The notes below the pieces were generated by a model. That model saw only the letters and a list, made by a program, of their open reading frames with translations. It made no database searches and was not told the origin of the DNA. From a virus, in the IMG/VR virus record IMGVR_UViG_3300027759_000002, positions 64,001 to 128,000 of that record: DNA of 64,000 bases; one strand, 5' to 3'. Both the position numbers and the translations under genes were made by a program. Shown here piece after piece: positions 56,836 to 63,084 of this stretch; position 1 is the first letter of the stretch, and each line of letters begins with the position of its first letter.

Positions 56836-56910
56836 GCTCCGTTCGTCTATCGGTTAGGACGCTGCCCTTTCAAGGCGGAAAGACCAGTTCGATTCTGGTA
56901 CGGAGTACCA
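56836..56910 (+). tRNA. tRNA-Glu(TTC)
   Basis: Loop CTTTCAA, cloverleaf, CCA. Confidence 0.93.
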
Positions 56911-57032
56911 TTTGTTTTGCTGACGTAAGCGCTTGAGTAAACGTCAACTCTAACTAACTATGTGTATAAACGGTAATGCTGCAGCTAAATCCGTTGAGCA
57001 TAGCAAATAGTGCGTCAGCAAAACAAATGGTA
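56906..57032 (+). ncRNA. Long hairpin RNA closed by a perfect 20-bp stem
   Basis: TACCATTTGTTTTGCTGACG / CGTCAGCAAAACAAATGGTA. Confidence 0.55.
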
Positions 57033-57037
57033 GTTAT

Positions 57038-57112
57038 GGGGGTATAACTTAACGGCTAAAGTAGTAGGCTTTTAACCTATTAATCAGAGTTCGATTCTCT
57101 GTACCCCTACCA
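57038..57112 (+). tRNA. tRNA-Lys(TTT)
   Basis: Loop CTTTTAA, cloverleaf, CCA. Confidence 0.92.
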
Positions 57113-57181
57113 TATAAAAACACACTTCCGACAGCAGGCGGAACTCAGGATAAGTCCATTCGGGTGAGTGTGTTTCTATAT
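57112..57181 (+). ncRNA. Structured spacer element copy 2
   Basis: Same closing stem as 56385-56455. Confidence 0.5.
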
Positions 57182-57274
57182 GGAGGCATTGTAGATATGG
57201 CGTGTTCTGCAGCGGACTGTAAATCCGTTCCCCCGTGGTAAACAATGTTGGTTCGACTCCAACTGCCTCCACCA
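57182..57274 (+). tRNA. tRNA-Tyr(GTA)
   Basis: Loop CTGTAAA, long variable region, ACCA. Confidence 0.9.
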
Positions 57275-57466
57275 AATCCCGTTACTACTTCCGTTAAAGT
57301 AGCGTTTGATTAGCGATAGAGATCCGGTGGCAGAAAACCGTTAGCGAGAGAAATCTCAGGCTCTGATAGGCAGTTCCCTCTGCACACAGACATTAGAATA
57401 AAAGGGATGGACAGAGTAACTTCTCAATTAAGGGCTTGTGTGGAAACAAGTAGCTTATCCTAATTT
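57275..57466 (+). ncRNA. Unidentified structured RNA (~190 nt)
   Basis: No ORF; hairpins CTACT/AGTAG, CGGT/ACCG, GAGA-GAAA-TCTC, CTTGT/ACAAG. Confidence 0.45.
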
Positions 57467-57541
57467 GGTCTTAAAGTGTTCATGGACGCACATCAGCCTG
57501 TCACGCTGAAAGAAGGGGATCGTTACCCCTTAAGACCGCCA
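57467..57541 (+). tRNA. tRNA-Asp(GTC), atypical A8/U14 and A54/U58
   Basis: Loop CTGTCAC, T-loop ATCGTTA, GCCA. Confidence 0.85.
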
Positions 57542-57551
57542 AATAATTGTT

Positions 57552-57923
57552 GTGAAGGAAAAGAAAATGAATATAAACGATATGGTTGGAAAAGTATTCA
57601 CATCGGTAACACAAGATGGTTATGAGATGGTATTTGCGAATGAAACTGAAAAATTCAGATTCTTCCATTATCAAGATTGTTGCGAAACAGTTTACATTGA
57701 AAGCATTGTAGGTGAGTTATCGGATTTAGAAGGCGAAACACTTTTGATTGCTGAAGAAGTATCAGGTGAAATACCAGAACCTAAAGAAGATGAATACATT
57801 GAATCTCGCTCATGGACATTTTACAAATTTGCTACACGCAAAGGTTATGTTGATGTTCGTTGGTTGGGAGAATCAAACGGTTACTATTCCGAATCAGTAG
57901 ATTTAGAATACGAGTTAGTATAA
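57552..57923 (+). CDS. Hypothetical acidic protein inside the tRNA array
   Basis: HYQDCCETV.IESIVGELSDL, SWTFYKFATRKGYVDVRWLGESNGYYSESV; start may be a few codons downstream. Confidence 0.75.
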   Translation: MKEKKMNINDMVGKVFTSVTQDGYEMVFANETEKFRFFHYQDCCETVYIESIVGELSDLEGETLLIAEEVSGEIPEPKEDEYIESRSWTFYKFATRKGYVDVRWLGESNGYYSESVDLEYELV

Positions 57924-57930
57924 AGAATAT

Positions 57931-58005
57931 TCCAGAGTAGCACAGCGGTAGTGCAGTTGACTGTTAATCAATTGGTCGTAGGTTCGATCCCTGCCTCTGG
58001 AGCCA
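57931..58005 (+). tRNA. tRNA-Asn(GTT)
   Basis: Loop CTGTTAA, GCCA. Confidence 0.93.
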
Positions 58006-58219
58006 ATACGTTCCGCTTGGTTAGCGGATACTGTGACCCGCAGGATAAGAAGTGAGGTGACTCTCAAGGGTGGTAGTCTTTTTACCGAAAGGCCGCTGGC
58101 AATGCGTTAACGATCCTGGTCGGGAAGCGGGTGGAGGTTATGGGTGTATTCCCCTTGAAAAAGGACATGTTTACAACTATGATATAATTACCGCCGCAGG
58201 ATGCAGAGCACTTAATTTC
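58006..58219 (+). ncRNA. Unidentified structured RNA (~210 nt)
   Basis: GC-richer than flanks, no ORF, several hairpins (TCCGC/GCGGA, GTCTTT/AAAGGC, CGATC/GGTCG). Confidence 0.45.
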
Positions 58220-58293
58220 GCCCTATTAGTATAATGGCATTACACCTGTTTTGTAATCAGGTTACGGCAGTTCGATTCTGTCATGGGGCACCA
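58220..58293 (+). tRNA. tRNA-Thr(TGT)
   Basis: Loop TTTGTAA, ACCA. Confidence 0.9.
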
Positions 58294-58299
58294 GTTTTT

Positions 58300-58375
58300 C
58301 TCTCTGAAGCGTTATCAGGTTGCGTACACGGTTTGGGGCCGTGTGGTCAAGGTTCGAATCCTTGCAGGGAGACCA
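58300..58375 (+). tRNA. tRNA-Pro(TGG), atypical A8/U14
   Basis: C1:G72, loop TTTGGGG, ACCA. Confidence 0.87.
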
Positions 58376-58383
58376 GTTTTTTT

Positions 58384-58458
58384 GGGGGCAGCAGTGGGCT
58401 GCGGCGTTCCCTTGCAAGGATCGTGACTAGAAGGATTCGATTTCCTCGGCCTCCACCA
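58384..58458 (+). tRNA. Atypical tRNA-Ala(TGC)
   Basis: G3:U70, loop CTTGCAA, A73; tiny D-loop, enlarged variable region. Confidence 0.7.
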
Positions 58459-58462
58459 ATTA

Positions 58463-58537
58463 GGTTCAGTAGCATAGTGGCAGTGCAGCATCTTCATACG
58501 GTGCGTTGTGTGAGTTCGATTCTCACCTGAACCACCA
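58463..58537 (+). tRNA. tRNA with CAT anticodon (elongator Met or Ile2)
   Basis: GGTTCAG/CTGAACC, loop TTCATAC. Confidence 0.88.
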
Positions 58538-58543
58538 AATTAT

Positions 58544-58618
58544 GGGCGATTAGTAAAATGAATATTACACAAGGCTACGAACCTTGAAGTGGGAGTTTGA
58601 TTCTCTCATCGCCCTCCA
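58544..58618 (+). tRNA. tRNA-Arg(ACG)
   Basis: Loop CTACGAA, T-loop TTTGATT, CCA. Confidence 0.88.
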
Positions 58619-58622
58619 AAAT

Positions 58623-58697
58623 GCCGAGGTAGCTCAGTGGTAGAGCAGCGTCTTGATAAGGCGTTGGCCAAGAGTTCAATTCTCTTTCTCGGTACCA
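58623..58697 (+). tRNA. tRNA-Ile(GAT)
   Basis: Loop TTGATAA, ACCA. Confidence 0.92.
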
Positions 58698-58700
58698 AAT

Positions 58701-58774
58701 TTCTCGCTGGTGTAATGGCAGCATAGCGGTCTCCAAAACCGTTGGTTGGGGTTCGAGTCCCTAGCGGGATGCCA
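58701..58774 (+). tRNA. tRNA-Trp(CCA)
   Basis: Loop CTCCAAA, G73, 1:72 mismatch. Confidence 0.88.
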
Positions 58775-58795
58775 ATTTTAAAAAAGGTGATTAAT

Positions 58796-59281
58796 ATGAA
58801 AAATTTCAATATAGAAGAAGTCAGACAATACCTTGCAAATCAAGGTCCTGATACCAAGGTTTATCTTGGTGCCGACTCTGAAAGAATCAGGGTAAATGGT
58901 GTTTGGTATGCTGACTATGCTCTAGCAGTTGTAGTTCATATTGATGGCCGACATGGTTGTAAGATTTTCGGATATGTTCACCGTGAATTGGATTACGACC
59001 ATAAGAAAAGTAAACCTGCTATGAGGTTGATGACTGAAGTTTATAAAGTTTCAGAATTGTTCCAATCATTAGCAGAAGTGTTGGAAGATTATCATGTTGA
59101 AGTTCATCTTGATTTAAATAAAGATGATATTCATGGTAGTTCATGTGTTGTTCAGCAAGCGATTGGTTATATCAAAGGTACATGTAATATGACACCAATG
59201 GTTAAACCAGATGCACCTGCTGCAAGTTTTTGTGCTGATAGATTGAAAAGAATCTTGGCAGACCAAGAAGCACTTCAATAA
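58796..59281 (+). CDS. RNase H-like protein (DUF458-type)
   Basis: Likely start ATG 58796; KVYLGADSE, MRLMTEV, VEVHLDLN, AASFCAD. Confidence 0.7.
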   Translation: MKNFNIEEVRQYLANQGPDTKVYLGADSERIRVNGVWYADYALAVVVHIDGRHGCKIFGYVHRELDYDHKKSKPAMRLMTEVYKVSELFQSLAEVLEDYHVEVHLDLNKDDIHGSSCVVQQAIGYIKGTCNMTPMVKPDAPAASFCADRLKRILADQEALQ

Positions 59282-59284
59282 TAT

Positions 59285-59359
59285 GGAGAAATTAGTTTAG
59301 TGGTAAAACCACGGGTTGTGATTCCGTTATCACCAGTTCGATCCTGGTATTTCTCCCCA
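59285..59359 (+). tRNA. tRNA-His(GTG)
   Basis: Encoded G-1:C73, loop TTGTGAT. Confidence 0.92.
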
Positions 59360-59364
59360 AATAT

Positions 59365-59439
59365 GCCCCGTTAGCTCAGTGGTAGAGCAGTGCTTTTACA
59401 CGGCGAAGGTCGGCAGTTCGAAACTGTCACGGGGTACCA
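59365..59439 (+). tRNA. tRNA-Val(TAC)
   Basis: Loop TTTACAC, weak anticodon stem, ACCA. Confidence 0.87.
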
Positions 59440-59443
59440 ACAT

Positions 59444-59519
59444 GCTGCTTTAGCTGATGTGGTCATAGCGGTGGTCTGAAGAACCATTGAAAGAGGTTCG
59501 ATTCCTCTAGGCAGCACCA
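59444..59519 (+). tRNA. tRNA-Phe(GAA) with G37
   Basis: Loop CTGAAGA. Confidence 0.9.
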
Positions 59520-59524
59520 AATAT

Positions 59525-59601
59525 GCCCAAGTGACGGAATAGGTATACGTACTTGATTCAAAATCAAGGTTATGTGGGCTCGAATCCCACCTTGGGTACC
59601 A
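59525..59601 (+). tRNA. tRNA-Leu(CAA), short variable loop
   Basis: Loop TTCAAAA, variable region GTTAT, T-loop CTCGAAT. Confidence 0.85.
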
Positions 59602-59602
59602 T

Positions 59603-59676
59603 GCTCTTATAGGTAAATGGCATACCACATCCATGGTAAGGATGTATCCTAAGTTCGATTCTTAGTAGGAGCACCA
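59603..59676 (+). tRNA. tRNA-Thr(GGT)
   Basis: Loop ATGGTAA; 1-nt spacer from the preceding tRNA. Confidence 0.9.
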
Positions 59677-59873
59677 ACTTGTTTTAATGTTGTTAAGATA
59701 AATTCTTTTTCTTGTGTGATATATAATTCATCATCTTCAAAAGTTTTTATCTTAGTATCATATGATGGAACAAATTCAGAATCAACACAGTAGTAACCAT
59801 TAGGTTCATATGTTTGTTGTGCATACAATCCGTAAAACATTTCTACTGTAGGTCTTTTTGAAGTTGGTATCAT
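59649..59873 (-). CDS. Possible small antisense protein in the tRNA array
   Basis: MIPTSKRPTVEMFYG...; fills the 210-nt gap, stop lies within tRNA-Thr. Confidence 0.35.
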   Translation of the reverse strand: MIPTSKRPTVEMFYGLYAQQTYEPNGYYCVDSEFVPSYDTKIKTFEDDELYITQEKEFILTTLKQVGAPTKNRT

Positions 59874-59886
59874 ATGAGTATTTATT

Positions 59887-59963
59887 GCCCCGGTGACGGA
59901 ATTGGTATACGTGTTGGTCTTAGAAGCCAAATTTTGAGAGTTCGAGTCTCTCCTGGGGCACCA
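59887..59963 (+). tRNA. tRNA-Leu(TAG), short variable loop
   Basis: Loop CTTAGAA, variable region ATTTT. Confidence 0.87.
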
Positions 59964-59968
59964 AATTT

Positions 59969-60043
59969 CTGGCGTTAGTATAATGGATAATACAGTAGGC
60001 TTCTACCCTTCTAATGGGAGTTCGATTCTCTCACGCCGGACCA
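59969..60043 (+). tRNA. tRNA-Arg(TCT)
   Basis: Loop CTTCTAC, ACCA. Confidence 0.9.
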
Positions 60044-60060
60044 TTTTTTAGGAGTTTATT

Positions 60061-60639
60061 ATGCCAGCAGTATTTTTAGTAAGTGACACACACTTTGGTC
60101 ACGCTGGTGTGTGTAGATTTCTTCGTGATGACGGAACAAAACTTCGGCCATGGGATAATCCCGATGAAATGGATGAAGAAATGATTAAGCGTTGGAACGA
60201 AACAGTCAGACCAAACGATAAAGTTTACCATCTTGGTGATGTTGTTATTAATCGTAAAGCAATGAATACTCTATATAGACTTAACGGTGATAAGGTTCTT
60301 ATTCGTGGTAACCATGATATCTTCCGTGATGAGGAATACAGACAACACTTTCGTGAACTACGTGCTTATCATGTAATGAATGGAATGATCCTGTCACATA
60401 TTCCAATTCATACGGAAAGTCTTGGTCGTTTCGGTGTAAACATCCATGGCCATTTACATTCCAATCGTGTTCAGATTCGTGGGTTCAATGGTAAACCAAT
60501 GGGTATTGATAACAGATACCATTGTGTTTGTGTTGAACAAACAGATTTTAGACCGATTCTTTTTGAAGATGTTATCAAACGAATTAAAGAAGAAGGTGGT
60601 GAGGTCGGTTTCAAAAGTGGAAACGACCGTGCTATGTGA
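60061..60639 (+). CDS. Calcineurin-like metallophosphoesterase
   Basis: SDTHFGH, YHLGDV, RGNHD, LSHIP, NIHGHLH. Confidence 0.9.
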   Translation: MPAVFLVSDTHFGHAGVCRFLRDDGTKLRPWDNPDEMDEEMIKRWNETVRPNDKVYHLGDVVINRKAMNTLYRLNGDKVLIRGNHDIFRDEEYRQHFRELRAYHVMNGMILSHIPIHTESLGRFGVNIHGHLHSNRVQIRGFNGKPMGIDNRYHCVCVEQTDFRPILFEDVIKRIKEEGGEVGFKSGNDRAM

Positions 60640-60640
60640 T

Positions 60641-60723
60641 GCGAGTATGGGGGAATTGGTAGACCCATCAGACTTAAAATCTGCCGCCTCGGCGTACCGG
60701 TTCGACTCCGGTTACTCGTACCA
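60641..60723 (+). tRNA. tRNA-Leu(TAA)
   Basis: Loop CTTAAAA, long variable arm, ACCA. Confidence 0.92.
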
Positions 60724-60733
60724 AAAATAATGC

Positions 60734-60762
60734 TTGACTTCTTAATAAGAAGCCTATATAAT
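60734..60762 (+). promoter_or_regulatory. Sigma70-type promoter for the Gly tRNA cluster
   Basis: TTGACT-17-TATAAT; palindromic CTTCTT-AAT-AAGAAG spacer. Confidence 0.7.
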
Positions 60763-60773
60763 ACACACATGAT

Positions 60774-60848
60774 GCGGGTATGGTGCTAGTGGTAACACAA
60801 GACCTTGCCAAGGTTTAGTTGTGAGTTCGATTCTCACTACCCGCTCCA
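60774..60848 (+). tRNA. tRNA-Gly(GCC)
   Basis: Loop TTGCCAA, U73. Confidence 0.93.
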
Positions 60849-60870
60849 AGTTAACTACAACAGATTTTAT

Positions 60871-60944
60871 GCGGGATTAGTTTAGTGGTAAAACAGTAGA
60901 TTTCCAATCTCCGGTTGAGAGTTCGATTCTCTCATCCCGCTCCA
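60871..60944 (+). tRNA. tRNA-Gly(TCC)
   Basis: Loop TTTCCAA, U73. Confidence 0.92.
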
Positions 60945-60950
60945 TTTAAT

Positions 60951-61017
60951 GCGGTTTGTAATAGTACGATACAAGGTACCCCCTTGTGTTAACTGAGCAA
61001 AGCAGTAGACCGCTCCA
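60951..61017 (+). ncRNA. 67-nt miniature tRNA-Gly-like RNA
   Basis: GCGGTTT/AGACCGC-T-CCA acceptor, ACAAG/CTTGT stem with loop GTACCCC, non-canonical D and T arms. Confidence 0.6.
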
Positions 61018-61030
61018 TTTTGAGGACACT

Positions 61031-61276
61031 ATGAATATTAAACCCTTGCATGATAAAGTATTGATTGAACGTATTGAGAATGTCAAAGAGACCGCTTCAG
61101 GCATCATCCTAAAACATTCCGAAGATCCAGATAAAGCAAGAGTACTTGCAGTTGGTCCGGATGTTACAGAAGTCCAGGTCGGTGATGTGGTTCAACCAGA
61201 CTGGGGTAAGGCCGCAGCAGTGCAAGATTATTTCGTGGTGAAGATTGAAGACATAGCTTACATCTACGGAGAGTAA
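61031..61276 (+). CDS. groES: GroES-like co-chaperonin
   Basis: Likely start ATG 61031; IKPLHDKVLIE...ETASGIIL...VLAVGP...VQVGDVV. Confidence 0.88.
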   Translation: MNIKPLHDKVLIERIENVKETASGIILKHSEDPDKARVLAVGPDVTEVQVGDVVQPDWGKAAAVQDYFVVKIEDIAYIYGE

Positions 61277-61278
61277 AC

Positions 61279-61506
61279 ATGTCTGATGGTGGTAAAGGTT
61301 CTAGTCCAAGGCCGTTTAGTGTTTCACAGAAAACATTTGGTAATAACTACGACAATATTTTTAGAAAAAAATCACCAAAAGAAATACAAGAAGACAAATA
61401 CGAACAAGAAGAATTTGATAGAATTTTAGAAGAAAATCGTATGCGCCAAAAGGCTTTAGATGCCATGGTGGCAGAAAATCAAAGATTAGGTTTATACGAC
61501 AACTAA
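61279..61506 (+). CDS. Hypothetical protein
   Basis: MSDGGKGSSPRPFSV; GGAG RBS. Confidence 0.6.
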   Translation: MSDGGKGSSPRPFSVSQKTFGNNYDNIFRKKSPKEIQEDKYEQEEFDRILEENRMRQKALDAMVAENQRLGLYDN

Positions 61507-61509
61507 TAT

Positions 61510-61582
61510 AGCGGGTTGGTGAAATGGTATCACAGTGGGCTCATAATCCTCAGTTCCGGTTCGACTCCGTGACCCGCAACCA
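61510..61582 (+). tRNA. Initiator-like tRNA-fMet(CAT)
   Basis: 1:72 mismatch (A/A), GGG at the base of the anticodon stem, loop CTCATAA. Confidence 0.82.
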
Positions 61583-61596
61583 TTAATCTTTATACA

Positions 61597-61884
61597 TCAC
61601 GGCGATTCAATTTTATCTTTGCAAGAACGTGAATTGTTTACTGAAGTTGTATGTATCAATGTAGAACCATTTCGTTTTACATTTGAACATTTATATTCAC
61701 AGACTTGTAAATCTTTCGGTCCACTTTTTTCAGTAAAACTTCTTGTCAATTTACAATAATCATTATTGTTAGTCGCTTTGGTGTATATGACAGCATCCGG
61801 CATCAAGTTTATATTGATGGTTGGATGAGTGACCATCAGTGTTACACTTGTGGTCAACAACGTAAATAAGAGTTTTTTATTCAT
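61597..61884 (-). CDS. Small exported or membrane-anchored Cys-containing protein
   Basis: Signal-peptide-like N-terminus, four Cys; overlaps the stop of 61881-62657. Confidence 0.55.
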   Translation of the reverse strand: MNKKLLFTLLTTSVTLMVTHPTININLMPDAVIYTKATNNNDYCKLTRSFTEKSGPKDLQVCEYKCSNVKRNGSTLIHTTSVNNSRSCKDKIESP

Positions 61885-62657
61885 CTTCCTACGTAAACTT
61901 TAGGCATTGATTCTTCCCTTCTTTTTTCTTCTGATTTAGGAAATAACCCATCACCATATTGTGGATATTTCTGTTGTCTATCATATGCTACCCACATAAA
62001 CACACCAGCCATAACAAAAATTATAATCACAATAGCAACGCCTGTAGCAAATTCATCTCTGAGTTTTCTCATTCGTGCTAAACGGCGTTTATCTAATATC
62101 GCTTGTTGTTGCATTTGTTTGATAAGAAGAACCTTTTGTTCTTTACCCATCTCTTTCATCATTTCTTCGACTTCGGTATATAAAGCACCGAGCTCTGGAG
62201 GACTTTGATAAATCATCAACTCACGTAAATCAACTGACATTTGTTCAAGTTGTTTACGCATGAGTACACGTTGTAAGGCACGTTTACCTAATGATGCATC
62301 TCCGGTATAAACTTGTGTCTTAGCAATTTTTTCTTCTTCTTCAAAAACAGCCATACATTTATAAAAGTTATCATAGTATGTGCCTAGGTGTTCACCAATC
62401 TCTTGGTAGATGTTGGTAGTTTCTCCACCCTTTTTGTTTAGTTCAATTACACGATTTTTTTCCGTAATGAAGGCATTTCTTTGTGCTACACTTGCAGGTT
62501 TTTCTGGTGGATGGAGCTTTTTGAACTGGTCGTCAAGATCCTTGAGGACGTCCTTGACTTCCCCAGCTGCACCTTTAATATCTTTGTATAGTTTACATCC
62601 GGCTTTGACTGCCGAAACCGCACCATTTGCGAGGGCAAAGAGTGTGAATGGATCCAT
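61881..62657 (-). CDS. Coiled-coil protein with C-terminal transmembrane helix
   Basis: MDPFTLFALANGAVSAVK...; GVAIVIIIFVMAGVFMWVAY. Confidence 0.7.
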   Translation of the reverse strand: MDPFTLFALANGAVSAVKAGCKLYKDIKGAAGEVKDVLKDLDDQFKKLHPPEKPASVAQRNAFITEKNRVIELNKKGGETTNIYQEIGEHLGTYYDNFYKCMAVFEEEEKIAKTQVYTGDASLGKRALQRVLMRKQLEQMSVDLRELMIYQSPPELGALYTEVEEMMKEMGKEQKVLLIKQMQQQAILDKRRLARMRKLRDEFATGVAIVIIIFVMAGVFMWVAYDRQQKYPQYGDGLFPKSEEKRREESMPKVYVGR

Positions 62658-62681
62658 TTCTTTTTATACCATTTTTTTTAC

Positions 62682-62710
62682 TTGACATTATAACAAAAAA
62701 ATGATATAAT
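62682..62710 (+). promoter_or_regulatory. Sigma70-type promoter upstream of the polymerase operon
   Basis: TTGACA-17-TATAAT with extended -10 TG. Confidence 0.8.
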
Positions 62711-62754
62711 CTACGTTCAGGTCACACTATATAATTATTTAGGATAGGATTAAC

Positions 62755-63084
62755 ATGAAAATATATGCAATGAAATTAGTAACTGGTGAAGAACTTATTG
62801 GTGAAGTTGAAACGGAGAATGAAAATATTTTCATTAATGAAAATGAAATGGTGATTAAGAATCCATTAGGAATTGCCATTGTACGTGGTAAAGATGGTCA
62901 ACCTAACGTAGGTTTTGCGCCATTTCCAATCCATGCAGAACAAAAATCAGACTCTACTATTGCCTTAAAACGTGAACATATTGTATACTACTACGTTCCA
63001 GCAGAAGATTTTGTCAAAAACTATGACCAAATTTTCGGCACAGGCATTATTCTTCCAGGTCAACAACAAATCATTACAGGTTAA
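62755..63084 (+). CDS. Conserved hypothetical protein (Sm-like start motif)
   Basis: MKLVTGEELIGEV...IKNPL...GFAPF. Confidence 0.65.
   Translation: MKIYAMKLVTGEELIGEVETENENIFINENEMVIKNPLGIAIVRGKDGQPNVGFAPFPIHAEQKSDSTIALKREHIVYYYVPAEDFVKNYDQIFGTGIILPGQQQIITG

Noticed and set aside
57355-57375. Hammerhead ribozyme core at CTGATAG
   Set aside because: Does not match CUGANGA and I could not place the GAAA and stems in the required geometry
58006-58219. tmRNA, RNase P RNA or SRP RNA identity for this spacer
   Set aside because: No tRNA-like ends with tag frame, no GGAAAGUCC P4 motif, and only a weak partial match to the SRP loop
56442-60770. ORF-track entries across the tRNA array (56442-56669, 58234-58530, 59371-59634 and others)
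   Set aside because: They run through tRNA genes; ORF-track starts at 58742 and 60986 were also moved downstream to 58796 and 61031
56312-61582. Regularly spaced TTCGA/CCA motifs resembling a CRISPR or repeat array
   Set aside because: Explained by tRNA T-loops and CCA ends; no identical direct repeats with unique spacers and no cas genes
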